Positions 40,208-54,929 of a DNA stretch of 64,000 nt are shown one piece after another. The notes beneath the pieces are model-generated. The model saw only the letters and a list, made by a program, of their open reading frames with translations, made no database searches and was not told the origin of the DNA. A program made the translations under genes and the position numbers. The first letter of the stretch is position 1; every line of letters begins with the position of its first letter. The stretch covers positions 27,776,001 through 27,840,000 of the forward strand of contig NC_043002.1 in the NCBI RefSeq assembly GCF_006345805.1, written 5' to 3'. The stretch is from Octopus sinensis (Eukaryota).

Positions 40208-40624
40208 ACATGCTATAATTGCTTCGTGCTCCTGTATAGTTGTTAAATAACTTCTATATTTGTTGGAAACAATTCAAGTATGAATTAGAAGCGTCTCGAG
40301 GTACATAAACGAAATATTAGTATGTAGGGCGGCTGATGGTTCTTAAACCATTCAGTATACAGTCATAGTCGGTGAGATAGCTTGCAGCAAACCCTGCTCG
40401 ATGTGTAGTATTGATAAGTCAAGACAATGACAAAGCATCGATGTCTGACATGAGTTGTATTGATTATCTATCACTAACTGTCAGGTGTTTTACACTAGAG
40501 GCAATGAAAATATATTCTCCGACGCCTAAAAAACGCAACCGCCCGGCGAACTAACAACACACGCACCTTGTGTATGTGTTCAAGATTGTGTTTATACATT
40601 CATACATACATTAATACATACATA

Positions 40625-41482
40625 CATGAGTGGTCTGATCAATAAGTATCCAGACTGTTGCTAAGGTAACGGAGCTAAAGCATGGAGAGTAAAGCCGCTT
40701 GGCACAGGTTGACCTTTAACTCTCTGTCCATGCGCACTAAGTTTTAACGTTCTACCTTATTTTCGCTGTTTACAGCAGTGCTTGGAAAAGTGTGTAGCGT
40801 ATGATCGTCGCATTGACCATGACAGAGAAAGTTGAGCAGAGAATCGCCTTCAAATATTGCCAACAGCTTGGCGATATCTGCTCAGAAGCCTACGCAAAGT
40901 TTTCAAAAGTTTTCACGTTCTCGACACAGGCAAGATGTGCAACTGAATCTCAAGTGTCTATTTGGTCAGCTGAAAGCAGTTTTGGCACAAATTTGGTATA
41001 CATGCGTCTCATAACCAAATCTTCGGTGATAATGGGCTGAAGTGAACAGTAACTAACCTGCACATCCTCTGATAACTCACGGATGGTGATTCGACGATTT
41101 ACCCTCACAGCTGCATGCACATCTGCGATGTTTTTCTCAGTTCTGCTGGTTGCGGGTCTCCCAGAACGTTCGTCAATATCAACATTTTTTCGACCATCTT
41201 GGAAACGTGTGTGCAGCTCATACACTCCTCTCCATATACTTTCTGCAGCTTTGTGTAGGCCTCAGAGCGGGTATCACCATGACAGCTTTCTCTGTCATGG
41301 TCAATGCTACGATCATACGCTACACACTTTTTCTAATCACTGCTGTAAACAGCTGAAGTGAGCTAGAACGTTAAAACTTAGCAGGGTAGAGTTCAAGTTC
41401 AATCTTTCCCAAACGGCTTCACTCTGGATGCTTTAGGTTCATTACTATGACAACATACCGGATACTTATTGATCAGACCTCG
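40625..41482. mobile_element. mariner derivative built from two convergent 5' ends
   Basis: TIR GGTCTGATCAATAAGTATCC at both ends; both arms continue into the transposase start ATGACAGAGAAAG; the minus arm extends to RSGRPATSRT...RRITIREL...KFVPKLLS. Confidence 0.85.
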
Positions 41483-42414
41483 TACATACATGCACTTTTA
41501 GGTCACGAAGTAATATAGGCGGATTTTTGAAGAATGCTTACAAGACCTTCAGCAATAACCATCTCCTTAGATACGTCTTTTGTTTTTCAAAATTCCTGAA
41601 TTGCCAACCTGTTTAGCTCTTTGTAGATTAAATTTCAAGTGTTTTCTTCTAACCAGTATTTACATTTACTTTTAAATTAAGCAGTATAACCCAACACATT
41701 CAAATCACTGGGGTATATAATAACGACAAGCTTACTTTCTTCGATATCAGCTGAAAGAAATATCTATCAACAGAAAGAAATAAATTATTGGAAACTGCTA
41801 TATGTGTTAAGCCTAGGGACTCAAGAAAATAACTACTATATATATCATACCACCCAAGAGATATTCCGAGTTAAGGTCTCTTATAGATGGCAAAACAAAT
41901 TTCTACAATAGTCTCTAATCATTCAACAATCGATTATGGGCAAGATGTTTTAAAACGCAGAATCTTCCCAGTGGAAAGTTGGTAGAGTTGCGTCGATTAT
42001 AGATTAGAGTATGGGATGGGTATTGTGTGGGTGCGTGTTCGTTTTTGTAGAAACCGTTAATATCTATGTAAGAGTAGCTAATACTAAAGTCATAAGCATT
42101 AACGATTTTATGATACGGTTTCATAGGAAATGATCTCTTAAGCCTAGAAAGGTTTTTAATACAATAAATACATCTAGACTGAATAGAGGACTAAAATAGA
42201 TTATCTTCATTTTTCTAACTCTTTTCGTGTTTTGTAGTAGAATGGGTGGTCTGCATATAAGTTAGCTTATCAGTAAAATCGCTTCTCTGGCTAATATCTT
42301 GCTAATATAGGGGTTAAGACCTGTTAATGTTCTCTCTATTTTGGAATTGACAAGATTCTTCTGCAGATGATCGCGAATAGTTTTCTAATTTACAGACAAG
42401 AGTGGATGGTATAC

Positions 42415-42656
42415 ACTCTTTTCTCTTTTACTCTTTTACTTGTTTCAGTCATTTGACTACGGCCATGCTGCAGCACCGCCTTTAGGCGAGCAAATCGACC
42501 CCGGGACTTATTCTTTGTAAGCCCAGTACTTATTCTATCGGATTCTTTTGCCGAACCGCTAAGTGACGGGGACGTAAACCACACCAGCATCGGTTGTCAA
42601 GCACTGCTAGGAGGACAAACACAGACTCACAAATATATACACACACATATATATAT

Positions 42657-42714
<58 letters not shown>

Positions 42715-42878
42715 TACGACTGGCTTCTTTCAGTTTCCGTCTACCAAATCCACTTACAAGGCATTAGTCGGCCGAGGCTATAGCAGAAGACACTTGCCCA
42801 AGATGCCACGCAGTGGGACTGAACCCGGAACCATGTGGTTGGTAAGCAAGCTACTTACCACACAGCCACTCCTGCGCC
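42415..42878 (-). mobile_element. tRNA-derived SINE, family B
   Basis: Homologous to 28735-29170; (CTCTTTTA)-type short-repeat tail. Confidence 0.8.
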
Positions 42879-43239
42879 AATACATATGGATATAAATAAT
42901 TTCTTCGTTAGGATTTTCTGTCTAGAAGTTCAGGTGATATCCAGCAAGTCGACATTTGTTACGTTGGCGGTAATAGTTACACTTGGGCTGGATTCTTTAA
43001 TATTTCTAAGATTCTTCTTGAATTTAATCCTGGTGTGGCCGTTAACACGGTTTGGTATTACTTCCTAATACTGAGCTGAAATGGGAAGCGTTGTACGTCA
43101 TCTTCGTGTATCTAAAATAAATACGCCGACGAGGTGTGTGTGTGTGTGATTTGGCGCACGTATGTGTGCGTGCGTGGTGTGTGTGTATGTGGGTGCACGT
43201 GTAGGTGATTGTGTATGTGTGCGAGCGCATGTATGTGCC

Positions 43240-43279
<40 letters not shown>

Positions 43280-43679
43280 TGTGCGTGCGTGTGTGTTTGA
43301 GAGCGTGTGTGTGTATTACTTTCATCGTCAGAAGTTACAAATTGCTTAGAGTCGAATTTCGTGCATAGCACTTATTGAAGCTCTCTGTGTGTGTGTATCT
43401 GTGTGCACGTGTCATTGTGTATTTGTGTATTCATGTGTGTGTGTGTGTGTGTGGTGTGTGTGTGTGTGTCTATTTGTCTGGAGTTAACTTGAAAGCAAAC
43501 AAGATTTGTTCATAAAGGGAGGAGTTGCAAAGTAAAGGAAAAGTGGATTGAAACGTATAAAAGAAAACTCTTAGTCAATAATTTGAGTGGATGAAGAAAA
43601 GAAAAAAATATACTGTAGAGTATATTATCTTGGAGCCAAATTGTTTGAATTGGATAAAAAAAAACTGAAAGAAGTTGAA

Positions 43680-43885
43680 GAGAGAAGAGGAGGGAGGAGG
43701 AAGAGGAGGAGGAGAAGGAGGAGGAGGAAAACAACAACAACAAATGACAAGGAGGAAAAGGAGAATGGAAGAGAAGAAAAAAAGAAGATAAAGAAGATAA
43801 TGAAGAAGAAAACGAAGAAAAAGAAGATGAAGAACAAGAACAACGACGACTACGGTGACGACAACAACAACAGCTGCTGCAACAA
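43680..43885. repeat. Purine-rich (GGA/GAA/CAA)n low-complexity tract
   Basis: Directly visible. Confidence 0.85.
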
Positions 43886-43998
43886 GAAAATGCTTGATAA
43901 ATTTTAAGTGAGGATAGGTTAAAGTTGGTCATACCGAAGATAGAATTCTATAGATAATTGATTTCCAACTGATTGTGTGTGTGTGTGTGTGTGTTGTG

Positions 43999-44073
<75 letters not shown>

Positions 44074-44371
44074 GTTTTTGTTTTTGTTTGTTGCTTGTTA
44101 ATATCTCTTTTTAAGGATATCAGTTTAATCATTTAGCTGAAATCAGTCGAGTGTGTAGCTAAATTAAGATGTATAGGGAAATTAAGATGTACAGGGATTC
44201 ATGACATGTACTTAAAATGTCAGGTTCATTTACTAAAATGAACGAATACTAATTTTTCGGATTTATTTATATATACGAGTGTATACACACACACACACAC
44301 AAATACATACATAAGGATGCGCATAGATATACATTCACATATAAGTTCTATGCACGTATAGATATATACAC

Positions 44372-44417
<46 letters not shown>

Positions 44418-45176
44418 TATATATACATGTATATAGATAGATAGATGCCAATTTATATATATACAGGTATCTACGTATCAATGTATGTAGTTATACATAT
44501 ATATGTATACACACACATAAATGTATATAAATATAGACACATGCACTCACATACACACTCACACACACATATGTATTTATACATTTATATGTGTATGTAT
44601 GTCTGTCTATTGTGTGCATGTATATATAGGTAGATATTTACATATACATGCTTAAATATATGCTTACATCAACAAACGGCCATACACTTGAGCGTATGCA
44701 TATACACACGTATGTAGATTCCTACATTTTCACATAGCCGAACATGAGTGTATAAATGAGTATACATACATTAAAATACGCAAATTGGCCCACGTGTACG
44801 TACATAGTTATTGAATCACATACATTGTTATCATTATCCCTTTTCTTCCTTTTTTCTCATTCTCCTTGTTTTTTCTATTTTTCAACTTCTTCCTCCCCTT
44901 AGTTTTTAACCACTCAAGCGTTTTAGCTTCATTTTAGTAGGATTTATTCCTTATTTTTTTTTGTATTTTTCATCCACTCAAATAATTGATTATGAGGATT
45001 TCTTTTTTATATTTTTCAATGCAACTTTACTTTACTTTAAAACCCACTAATTTAAAAACCACGATTACAATGCACTCACTACACTATCTAGAAAATTCTT
45101 GAAAATATAACCAGTACTCAATACAAGAGAACGTACAATTTGGAGAAGTTTTGTCCACGAATAACAAGCATCATAA

Positions 45177-45572
45177 TCTCTGTATATATATATATAGCTG
45201 AAGTTGTCTGTGTATGGTAGGTTTGGTAGCCTTCAACTAACACTATCTCTTCCGAGACCCTGCAGCGCAAGTTGACCAAAATTGAGAGTATGATAGAAGA
45301 AGGTTTACACTTCCTTCCGTAGAAGAAAAAATTCAAATCGGACCATGTTAACACCAAAAATTATTTACATAAAAAGGGTGCTTTTTTCTATGTAAATCCC
45401 TATTTTTTTACGATTTTTTGACTGCTGTGTCGCCATTTTTCGGTGTATTTCAACCAGAAAAACGTTCACTTAAAGAGAATAACAAGGTACATAATGCACA
45501 ATTTTTACTTTTCAAAAATTCCACTTCTAAAGGGTCGAAACAAACCCGAGCAACGCCGGGCGATACTGCTAG
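45177..45572 (+). mobile_element. Non-autonomous Helitron-like element
   Basis: A|TC 5' end; subterminal hairpin CCCG-AGCAACGC-CGGG; CTAG|T 3' end at 45569-45573. Confidence 0.65.
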
Positions 45573-45729
45573 TAACCTGATACATGAAAATAATAAGAGT
45601 CATAATATAAGTTCTTATCACAAAAATTATGTGAGGGATGGTGGTGGAATGAGCGTTACTAGAAGAATGATGAACAATACTTACTATCTTACAGTTTATT
45701 ATCACGAACATCAACTTGAGGAGTAAAAG

Positions 45730-47250
45730 TCTTATGCAAAGTTGTTTGTTGTTTATGACGCATCATCTCTTTGTACAGCTAAGTATAGTAACAGAGCTCA
45801 TTATAAACCCCTCTTTTAATATGTTACGTTCACGATTAGGATCATTATCAGTAAAATCCTGTAGTGCTTCCTCTATAAGCGCCAGAACTTCTCAGCTTGT
45901 TCTTTTTCTAACAATATTAGCTGTTCGTTAGATAATATCCATCTCTGGGAAGTTATCAACTCACTCCCATCATCTTCTATGACTTTTTAAAACCCTACAT
46001 AATTTACAGGTATCACAATATCTTTCCAAATCTAATTTAGATTTTCTGCTTGAGGAAAACTTATGTCACCGATATGTTCCGGCCATATACTTTTTCAAAC
46101 ATTATTCAAAGTTTAAAGTTTCACTTCATCTAATGGCTGAGTTATATTATCCCATAGCATTCATTATGTTGAATTGCTTCCAGAAATCCCTGAAAGTAGG
46201 TTTAACCTCCTTGCCAATTACTTTCATATTTTGTTTGAAAGTTCTCATATAATATGCCTTTAGGTTAACTATCACACGTTGATCCACTGACTGGAGTAAA
46301 GAGATTGTATTCTTGAGCATATAGCCTACTCCCACATTATCAGAAGGTCAAGAGAGTTTGCTTGGTGGTTCGGTGCATTGTCTAAAATAAGCAATGCTTT
46401 GTTGGAAATATGTCTGGCAATGTACATTTCTACTGTAGGAGCAAAAATAATTTTGAATTACTTTATAAAAAGGGATTTTGTATAATCCGTCAAAGCCCTT
46501 AGATTTTCGGGGTGTTACACATGTAGAGGCTTTAATTTCATATCACCAGTGACATTTCCTCCCAAAAGAAGTATCTGTCGATTTTTGGAAGCTTTAAATC
46601 CGGATGTTGATTTTTCTTCTCGGGAAATAAAAGTTCTAGCAAGCATGCACTTCCAGAAAAGTGCAGTCTCAACTTAGTATACCTGTTCTGGTGTGCAACC
46701 CCCTTCAGCAATCATTTTCTGCAACTGACTAGGACAATTATTTGCAGCTCTATATCAGCGTTCACAGTTTTACCAGTCATTTTCATGTTGTGTAAATTCA
46801 GGCTCTTCTTAAACATTTCAAACCAGACTTTACTAGCCTAAAAAGGGGTTTTCATTACAAGTTTCACCTTCCTTTTTCTGCAATTTGTCATATAATATTT
46901 TGGTCCTTTCTTGACTTGTCACCGTGCTTATTGGTACATTGCACCAATTGTGATCCTCGATCCATACACTCAAGAGATGTTCTACTTTAAGCATCACATT
47001 AGATCTATGGAATAATAAAGTTCGGAACATTAACAGAGTAGTTTCTTGAGCTCTTGGTCTAAGTTTCTCTTTGTTGTCAAGTGTTTTCTCACTGTCGACA
47101 TTGTAAGATTTAACGTTTTGGCAATATAACTTAGGTTTCCTCCCGCATCAAATCTTTTTAAAATATCAGGTTTGATATCCAATGTAATTTCTTTGTGGTG
47201 CTTTTCGCACCACTGCCTTCAGATCTACTTGATAGCTCTTTCTGATATCT
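45730..47250 (-). mobile_element. pogo/Tigger-like transposase relic
   Basis: ITLDIK...FKRFDAGG-like HTH start; KVEHLLSVWIED; NTISLLQSVDQRVIVNLKAYYMRTF...RDFWKQFNI. Confidence 0.8.
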
Positions 47251-48266
47251 TAAACTGAAAGCAAATTCAACGACACCAGCGCTGTGGTATAAAAATTGGC
47301 CCAGGAAAGATCTGATTTCTGAGAGGGGGAAATTGTCTTATTCTCATTGATGCAATAATGATAAAGATGAAATGGTGGAGGTCTGGAGAAGAGAAAGTAC
47401 TATATGATTAGAATTAGTTGAAGGAGCGCCAGATCTTTTAGGTAATTCACCCCTTGCACCTCTGACTTCAGACGTAAATACACACACACACACACACACA
47501 CAAACAAACAGTCATACGCACACACATACACACACATTCACCCACACTCATACATACACCAATACACACACGCAAACAGACACACTCGTCTACACACATG
47601 CTGGCGTACATGCTAATATCCATTGTAAACAGTTGGATTAACAAGTTAGGGAGTTGATAATGGTGATGATGTGGGTTGCATTGATGTGTGGTTTAGATGT
47701 TAGTGATGGTAGGCGTGTATTGTTGGTATTGTGATGGTTATATTGTTCTTGCTAATTGTATCGTTGCGACTGTTTAGTCTCAAGTCAATACTCATAGACC
47801 TAAGATAAAAGACATTTCATTCAACTTTTAAAATTCCCTAGCAAACCGCATTACGGTAATCATTCACCATATTACGGTTCACATATCACGTACTCACTGC
47901 ATCGCGATTTTTTTATTTATTTATTTTGTTTTTGCTAATATATGTAAATTTATATCGCGGATTTCTGCGGCCGATATGTATTTATATTTTTTTTTAATTT
48001 TAACTATTTCTGTGAGAAATTTTCGAACGCAACAACCGCAGTAGTCGAGGGATTACACACACTCACACATACATATACATATATACATACATACGTAGAT
48101 ATAAACATTCATATGTGTGTGTGCGTGTGCGTGTGTGTGTGTTTGTGTGCGAGTATTTGTGTGAGTATGTGTGTGTGTGCGTGTTTGTGTATATTTGTAC
48201 ACGTATGTCTGTAGCGTGATTATAGTTTTCCAAATCGATATATATATATATATTATATATATATAT

Positions 48267-48500
48267 ATGTTTCTTTATTACCCACAAGGGGCTAAACATA
48301 GAGAGGACAAACAAGGACAGACAAAGGGATTAAGTCGATTACATCGACCCCAGTGCGTAACTGGTACTTAATTTATCGACCCCCGAAAGGATGAAAGGCA
48401 AAGTCAACCTCAGCGGAATTTGAACTCAGAACGTAGCGACGGGTGAAATACCACGAAGCACTTCGCCCGGCGTGCTGACGTCTCTGCCAGCTCGTCGCCT
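48267..48500 (-). mobile_element. Family-A SINE with an alternative (Tx1-like) 3' tail
   Basis: Same core and head as the 1-3.7 kb copies; tail TTTCTTTATTACCCACAAGGGGCTAAACATAGAG; (TA)n flanks. Confidence 0.85.
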
Positions 48501-48870
48501 TTATATATATAAAGGGCAAAAGACCTGATATTTTGCTTTTTTGGTCTTTCTGGCTCTTTTCTGTAACATTAGTACATGTGTTTGTAACACATATTTATTA
48601 CATGTGTATGTATTCTTCTAATACGTTATAATACGTTTGAATAATTATATATACTAGACTGTCTACCGGCTGATGTATGTCATTTTTATATCCTCTCTAT
48701 TTTCGTATTTTAAGGGTAAACCACATTTTACCTCCGCCCATATATAACACTCAATTGCGAGATTGCCACGCAATAAACATTACTTGGGTATGAATAATTA
48801 GGCACACTACCAGCATTATATTGGATAGATACTATCCCTTAGTTGGTTGGCTTCCCAACCACTAACAGAA

Positions 48871-48938
<68 letters not shown>

Positions 48939-48951
48939 ATATATACATATA

Positions 48952-49033
<82 letters not shown>

Positions 49034-49052
49034 ATATATATATAATATATAT

Positions 49053-49101
<49 letters not shown>

Positions 49102-49328
49102 TATATATATATAGCGAAAACCGGTTGGATATCACGACATCCATAAAATATGTATATATATTTTTTTAATTTCTTAATAAAAAGATATTAACCTATGTGA
49201 AACGAAGGCATTTCTCTTCCACTTTTTGTATGTTTTACAGATATTTTGAACCTATATATATGTGTGTGTGTATGTGTATGTATATACATCTATATACACA
49301 CACACATACATATACATATATATTTATC

Positions 49329-49363
<35 letters not shown>

Positions 49364-50266
49364 TTGTGTAATGTTCATCTTTTGCTGAGATTAGCGTAGC
49401 CAATCCTTTGAATGCAACATCAAAAGATATACCCGTGCATATGTGCATACGTGTATTTATGTAATTTTTTCTGATAATTTTATGTGTATAGAGACTTCAC
49501 CTTCATTCTCAAAGCTCAATAGATTTATATGATAATTTAGTTTAATTATCTATTCATTCGAGATGCATCCATTATGGTAGCATTCTATCCCTAATTAAGC
49601 TGATGTTGCCAACCACCTGCGACCTTAAGTTTATCTAGTTATGCTTTGATAATATTGACTCAAACATTGTACATTACAACAGAATCAAATACTCACCACC
49701 ATCAAGAAAATGATATTACTAACATCATATGGTGCCTAGCTGACTGCGACCATCCCTACTCCTATATTGAATTTGTATTAATCGAATATGCCTCTGAGGA
49801 AAGCTGCACATATTGTAACAGCCTGCAGTATCGCCAACAGGGAAACCAAAGAATCCTATCGCCCTCATCAAACAGACATCTTGTTAATGAACTTCAAACC
49901 ATCCACTGCCAGCGTACCAGAAAGAACATCTTCACTCTAGCACAATTTTAGGATAAACAACCCCTGTTTGCTCTTGGCAAGATTATTTGCTTTCCGTGTT
50001 TTGTGATCGTGGCTTAGTAGCACTTAGGTAAAATTAAGTCATATAGCTATGCATGAAACGCAAATCGAATTGCAGCCTGATGACATCGCCTCATTTACCT
50101 TCACAAGTGAAGCGCCTTCTGCCCATTATTCCAAGTATTTGACATCAGTCACATCTCTGAGATACAAAACCCTACAAGTCACCGGTTGGCTCCACGCGGC
50201 AGCATACACATACATACTCTCACACACAAATTCATAAACACACAATCACACAAGCACACACACTCA

Positions 50267-50307
<41 letters not shown>

Positions 50308-50323
50308 CATGCATACATATATG

Positions 50324-50383
<60 letters not shown>

Positions 50384-50584
50384 ATATAGCTGCGTCTACG
50401 CTGAGACAACTTATTAAATACATAATCTTAAAAAACTTATTAAATATTTGAAACTCCATCTGCATGAGTTTATACAGCTTTCGTTTCTTCTGCCATTAAT
50501 ATGCCTGGGGATATAAATATATATGTATTTGTGTGTGCGTGTGAGGGGGTGGGGTGGAGACAGAGTACGGGAAAGAGAGAGAAA

Positions 50585-50820
<236 letters not shown>

Positions 50821-51435
50821 TACATAATCTAACATGATCTTCATTTTTAAGACAGCTCGAATATGATTTTATAGTGATTTGTTTGCTCTTCCTAATAATC
50901 CAGCCATGTTGAGAAGGCTCAAGCATTAGATGGCTGATGGAAATGTTTCAGTAATTGTAAACTATTGCCAGTACTCCCATCGGAAGTACTTTGTAAACTG
51001 CGCTCTCGATGTATAGCGAGCGGAAGATTCAGTGATTATGAATAAATAGCATTCAGGAAGAAGAATTGTAAAATCGATATTTGTATTTGAGTGAGATGCA
51101 GGTAATGGAAACAATACAATATAATATAAATATAGTCAAGGGAACTTTGTGTTAAAGAACTGACACTCACAAATTCACACCCACGAATACGTATGTATGT
51201 TTGAAGTTACGAAAGAGGTAACGTCATATTTATGAATCGCTTAGCAAGTATTATGTGTACAACTTACTATGTGGTGAATGCAATAGACTTTACCTTGGCA
51301 TTATACTTCACAGACTATACATCTGCGTAAAGAAACGCATTTGCACAAACGCTATATTTACCAGAAAATATCTGGTGAAATGTTGAAACCAGAAGAGGCC
51401 GAACATCCGCGTTGTCAGAAAAAAAATTACTAATA

Positions 51436-52680
51436 CGAGAGCCGGCTGTAAAGTTTATAGGCTGACCAAGATAATCTCATGGAATGTCACCAAATAAGGA
51501 TTTTTTTTTCAACATAGTCCTCCTAGCGGTCCTCACTTATTTCATCAGTGTTGTAGTGCTTGGATCCCATTGGTGAAGAAAGAAGCTTTATTGTTGACCC
51601 AAAAATTCAACAGCAGATTTGAACTCATCATCACTACAATACTGGTTCCCGGTGAAATGTTTTTTATGTTGGAGACAAATCAGAAGAATAGGGAATGTGA
51701 TCAACGAGCTGAAAGCCACAATCACGTAAGCAGCCAAGACTTCTGTACTGGAACATTGTCTTGAGAAAACAAGACCTCTTTCTCTAGTTTTCCTGGACAT
51801 TTGGCCTTGAAAGCCTTTCGTAAGTGCCTCAGTAAGTTGTCATTGATGATGGGACCCTATGAAAATAGTCAAAGAACGGTGCCTTTTTGCATCACCAAAA
51901 TCTGATGCCATCACCTTCCCTGCAGATGAAGCCACTTTGGCCTTCTTTGGCACTGGTAAGGAAGGCTATTTCCATCGCATGGATTGTTTCTTTGTCTTTA
52001 GCTGAATGTCATGAGCCCCCAACACTCATTCTATATTAAGAAACGTTCAGAAAAAACCAGATGGATCAGCCTCAAACAATATCAGATTGTCCTGTGATGT
52101 GATTACCCTGGTGCGCTTTTCATCGTGTGTCAGAAAACATGACGCCCACAAAACAGGAACCTTCGTCAAGCCAAGTTCACTGTGCAAAATATTCTTAACT
52201 CTCTCACGGGATATGCTAAATGTGTTGGCTATTTGATTCATTGTCAATTGCCTGTCGTCCATCACCATGTGGTGAACACTATCAATGCTTTCCTCAGTGG
52301 TAGCATTTGCAGGATATTAAAATCTTGGGTGATCTTCAAGTTACTCCGTTCTCCTCCCAAATTCAGCGGCTTACTTTTGCACTGTTTATAAAGCAGGAGC
52401 GTCATCCTTAATGTAGCAACGATGTCAATATAAATGCTGTTGGGGGCTAAACCCTTTTTTTCTGAAGGTACTTGATAACACCACGAAGTCAAGCTGTGTC
52501 CATTTTCAAGAGAAGTTGCTACTACTTACTCTTGAAATCTTTGAACAGTCAGATGTCAGTTTACCTGGAAAGAAGCAACGCAAGTATTAATAAAAAGAGC
52601 TGAAATTAATGCATGCACAATTTCACAGCTCTTGCATCACACCTTCATAGTTAGTCTATGAACTTTTCAGCCCACCCTTA
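51436..52680 (-). mobile_element. Near-full-length decayed mariner element (about 1.25 kb)
   Basis: TIRs CGAGAGCCGGCTGTAAAGTTTATAGGCTGAC / TAGTCTATGAACTTTTCAGCCCACCCT; peptides DDRQLTMNQIA...ISRERVKNILHSELGLTKV and KKHFTGNQYCSDDE. Confidence 0.82.
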
Positions 52681-54798
52681 TATAATAATTAAAAAGTGTA
52701 TTCTCATTAAATCAAAAAAGCTCAAGCCCCATGCTATCAATAACATACAGGTATTGCAACAGCCTAATTAGCTAATTTCAAGTTAGCAACTTTGGCCCGT
52801 CATAGTCGTTTGTTTATTTCACATTTCACCGAAGATCGGTCTAATTTCGATCTCTATTTTTTGTGCTTTATATCGACATTCTATTATATATGCAGAGAGT
52901 GTAAGCTTAATTTTAATTTTCCTTTTATTTTCACTCTTTTCGTTCCAAATTACATTGTATTGTCTTGCCAAATCACTTTAACTTTTCACAAAGCTGCAAA
53001 TAAATTTTACTACTCTAATATCATTAAGTCTACGACAGAATGTATTTATCTTCATAGAGAACTTATTCGATGTGTCGCTAAGATAGATCTGCTGGCGGAT
53101 TAATTTCCCAAAACATGACTTGAAATGCAATGTTCACCGTCATACAAACATTTACCAACCTTAATGTTTTACTTTGCCAAGCTAAAACTTTCCTATGAAA
53201 TATCGTTATTCATAAACTTTGCGACAATTTCATGTACAATTCCATCAATACATACAAGAGATTTTTAGTTTCAAATTAAAACTTTAACAATTTCCAGGCA
53301 CAGTATTATCACGCAGACTAGATACTATTTTGCTGTACTACGGCTGTTGACTTGGTCCTTGGTAAGAAACGTGCCCAGCATAAATTTCTTGGATTTAGGT
53401 TGTGCACTGCAACGCCTTTGTTTTCTGCTACAATCGTTTTGACAGCAATAACAGCGATAACAGTTATACCAGCTCTGCTAATATCATAGACGTACGGACC
53501 ATCGTAACTACTTAACCATTTGTCGTAGATTTAATTGGCTCTCTTTCACTTGTGCATCCAACAGAAAACTCAGTGACCAACCATATCATTTCTTATAACT
53601 CCTACGGCTCCGACCTTACACCCCAGACATACACTAAACTATTAATTTTCGCTAAATTTTATTGAATTTGAACATGACTTAACAATAAGCTTAAAGCTGA
53701 TATAGAAAAAAAAATTGGAAAACTGTCTACGGATTAAATTGATATTTCCTCACAAATTCATCATATCCTAACCTATATGTCGATTTACGTCCTACACAGC
53801 CTTCACCTTAAACAACATCGAAGTTAATCTTAAAATGTCGAAACTCAAATATTTCAGCAGCTATACCTTAGAAAAACACTTCACACATTCACGACCCTTT
53901 CTAATTTGCAATTCTGAATCTTCCCAATCTATCATCTAACTACCTCATACACCTCAATTTGGACACCTGGAGGAACCCTACCTTATCGATTAGAACATAT
54001 ACACTAACCTAACAATCGAACATAACCTAACGATCGCCAAGGCTGCGTATTATGAAAATGCAAATGACGTCCTACCTACACGCCTAGAAAATACCACCAA
54101 CACGACTAGCACAAACATCTGTAACTTTCTCAAAAAATTAAACGAAAAATATCAAACTTCTATTAATCATCTCATTGTGACATATGAACCCGTTCCCAAG
54201 ATAAAAATTAGTCCCGTCACCTTTAGCATAGAATTAACTTTATTTACAATGTGCCGGGTACGATCCTCACATTAATAAGACAGTTTTCCTGAATATGTCA
54301 ACCTCGCCGTCTATAAACTTGATTCCACCTCACTCAAGCATGATAGATACACTTTTAGACAAGACGTCGTTTCTCTCAGTATTTCTGTACTTACTATCCG
54401 AGAGTGAACTTAGTGACCAACCCCATCATTTCTTACAACTCCTACAGCTCCGACCTTACACCACAGACATAAACTATATTCTGAATATTGTTAACAACAC
54501 GATTTCGATTTTGTTTGATCTATAAACAAGCATAGGAATTATCAGTAGGATTGAGTTCGTTGGATTAGAAGTCATCATGTATACGGATTAGTTTGATATT
54601 TCAGTGCGTTAAACTCCTGTCAACTGTGTGGCTTTTTCGACAACATATAGATGACAACCTCATCTTCGCTTCTTGCCGAAAGAATACAGACTGTATTGTA
54701 TACCTAACCATAACGAGGAGCATGTAGATCACAAATTGGATCATCGCAGCTACACAAGCTCTCTCTCTCTTTCTCTCTCCTCTCTCTCTCTCTCTCTC

Positions 54799-54929
<131 letters not shown>

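Noticed and set aside
54640-54715. Hammerhead-like GAAA plus hairpin plus GTA
   Set aside because: The upstream core reads TAGATGA and stems I and II are unconvincing.
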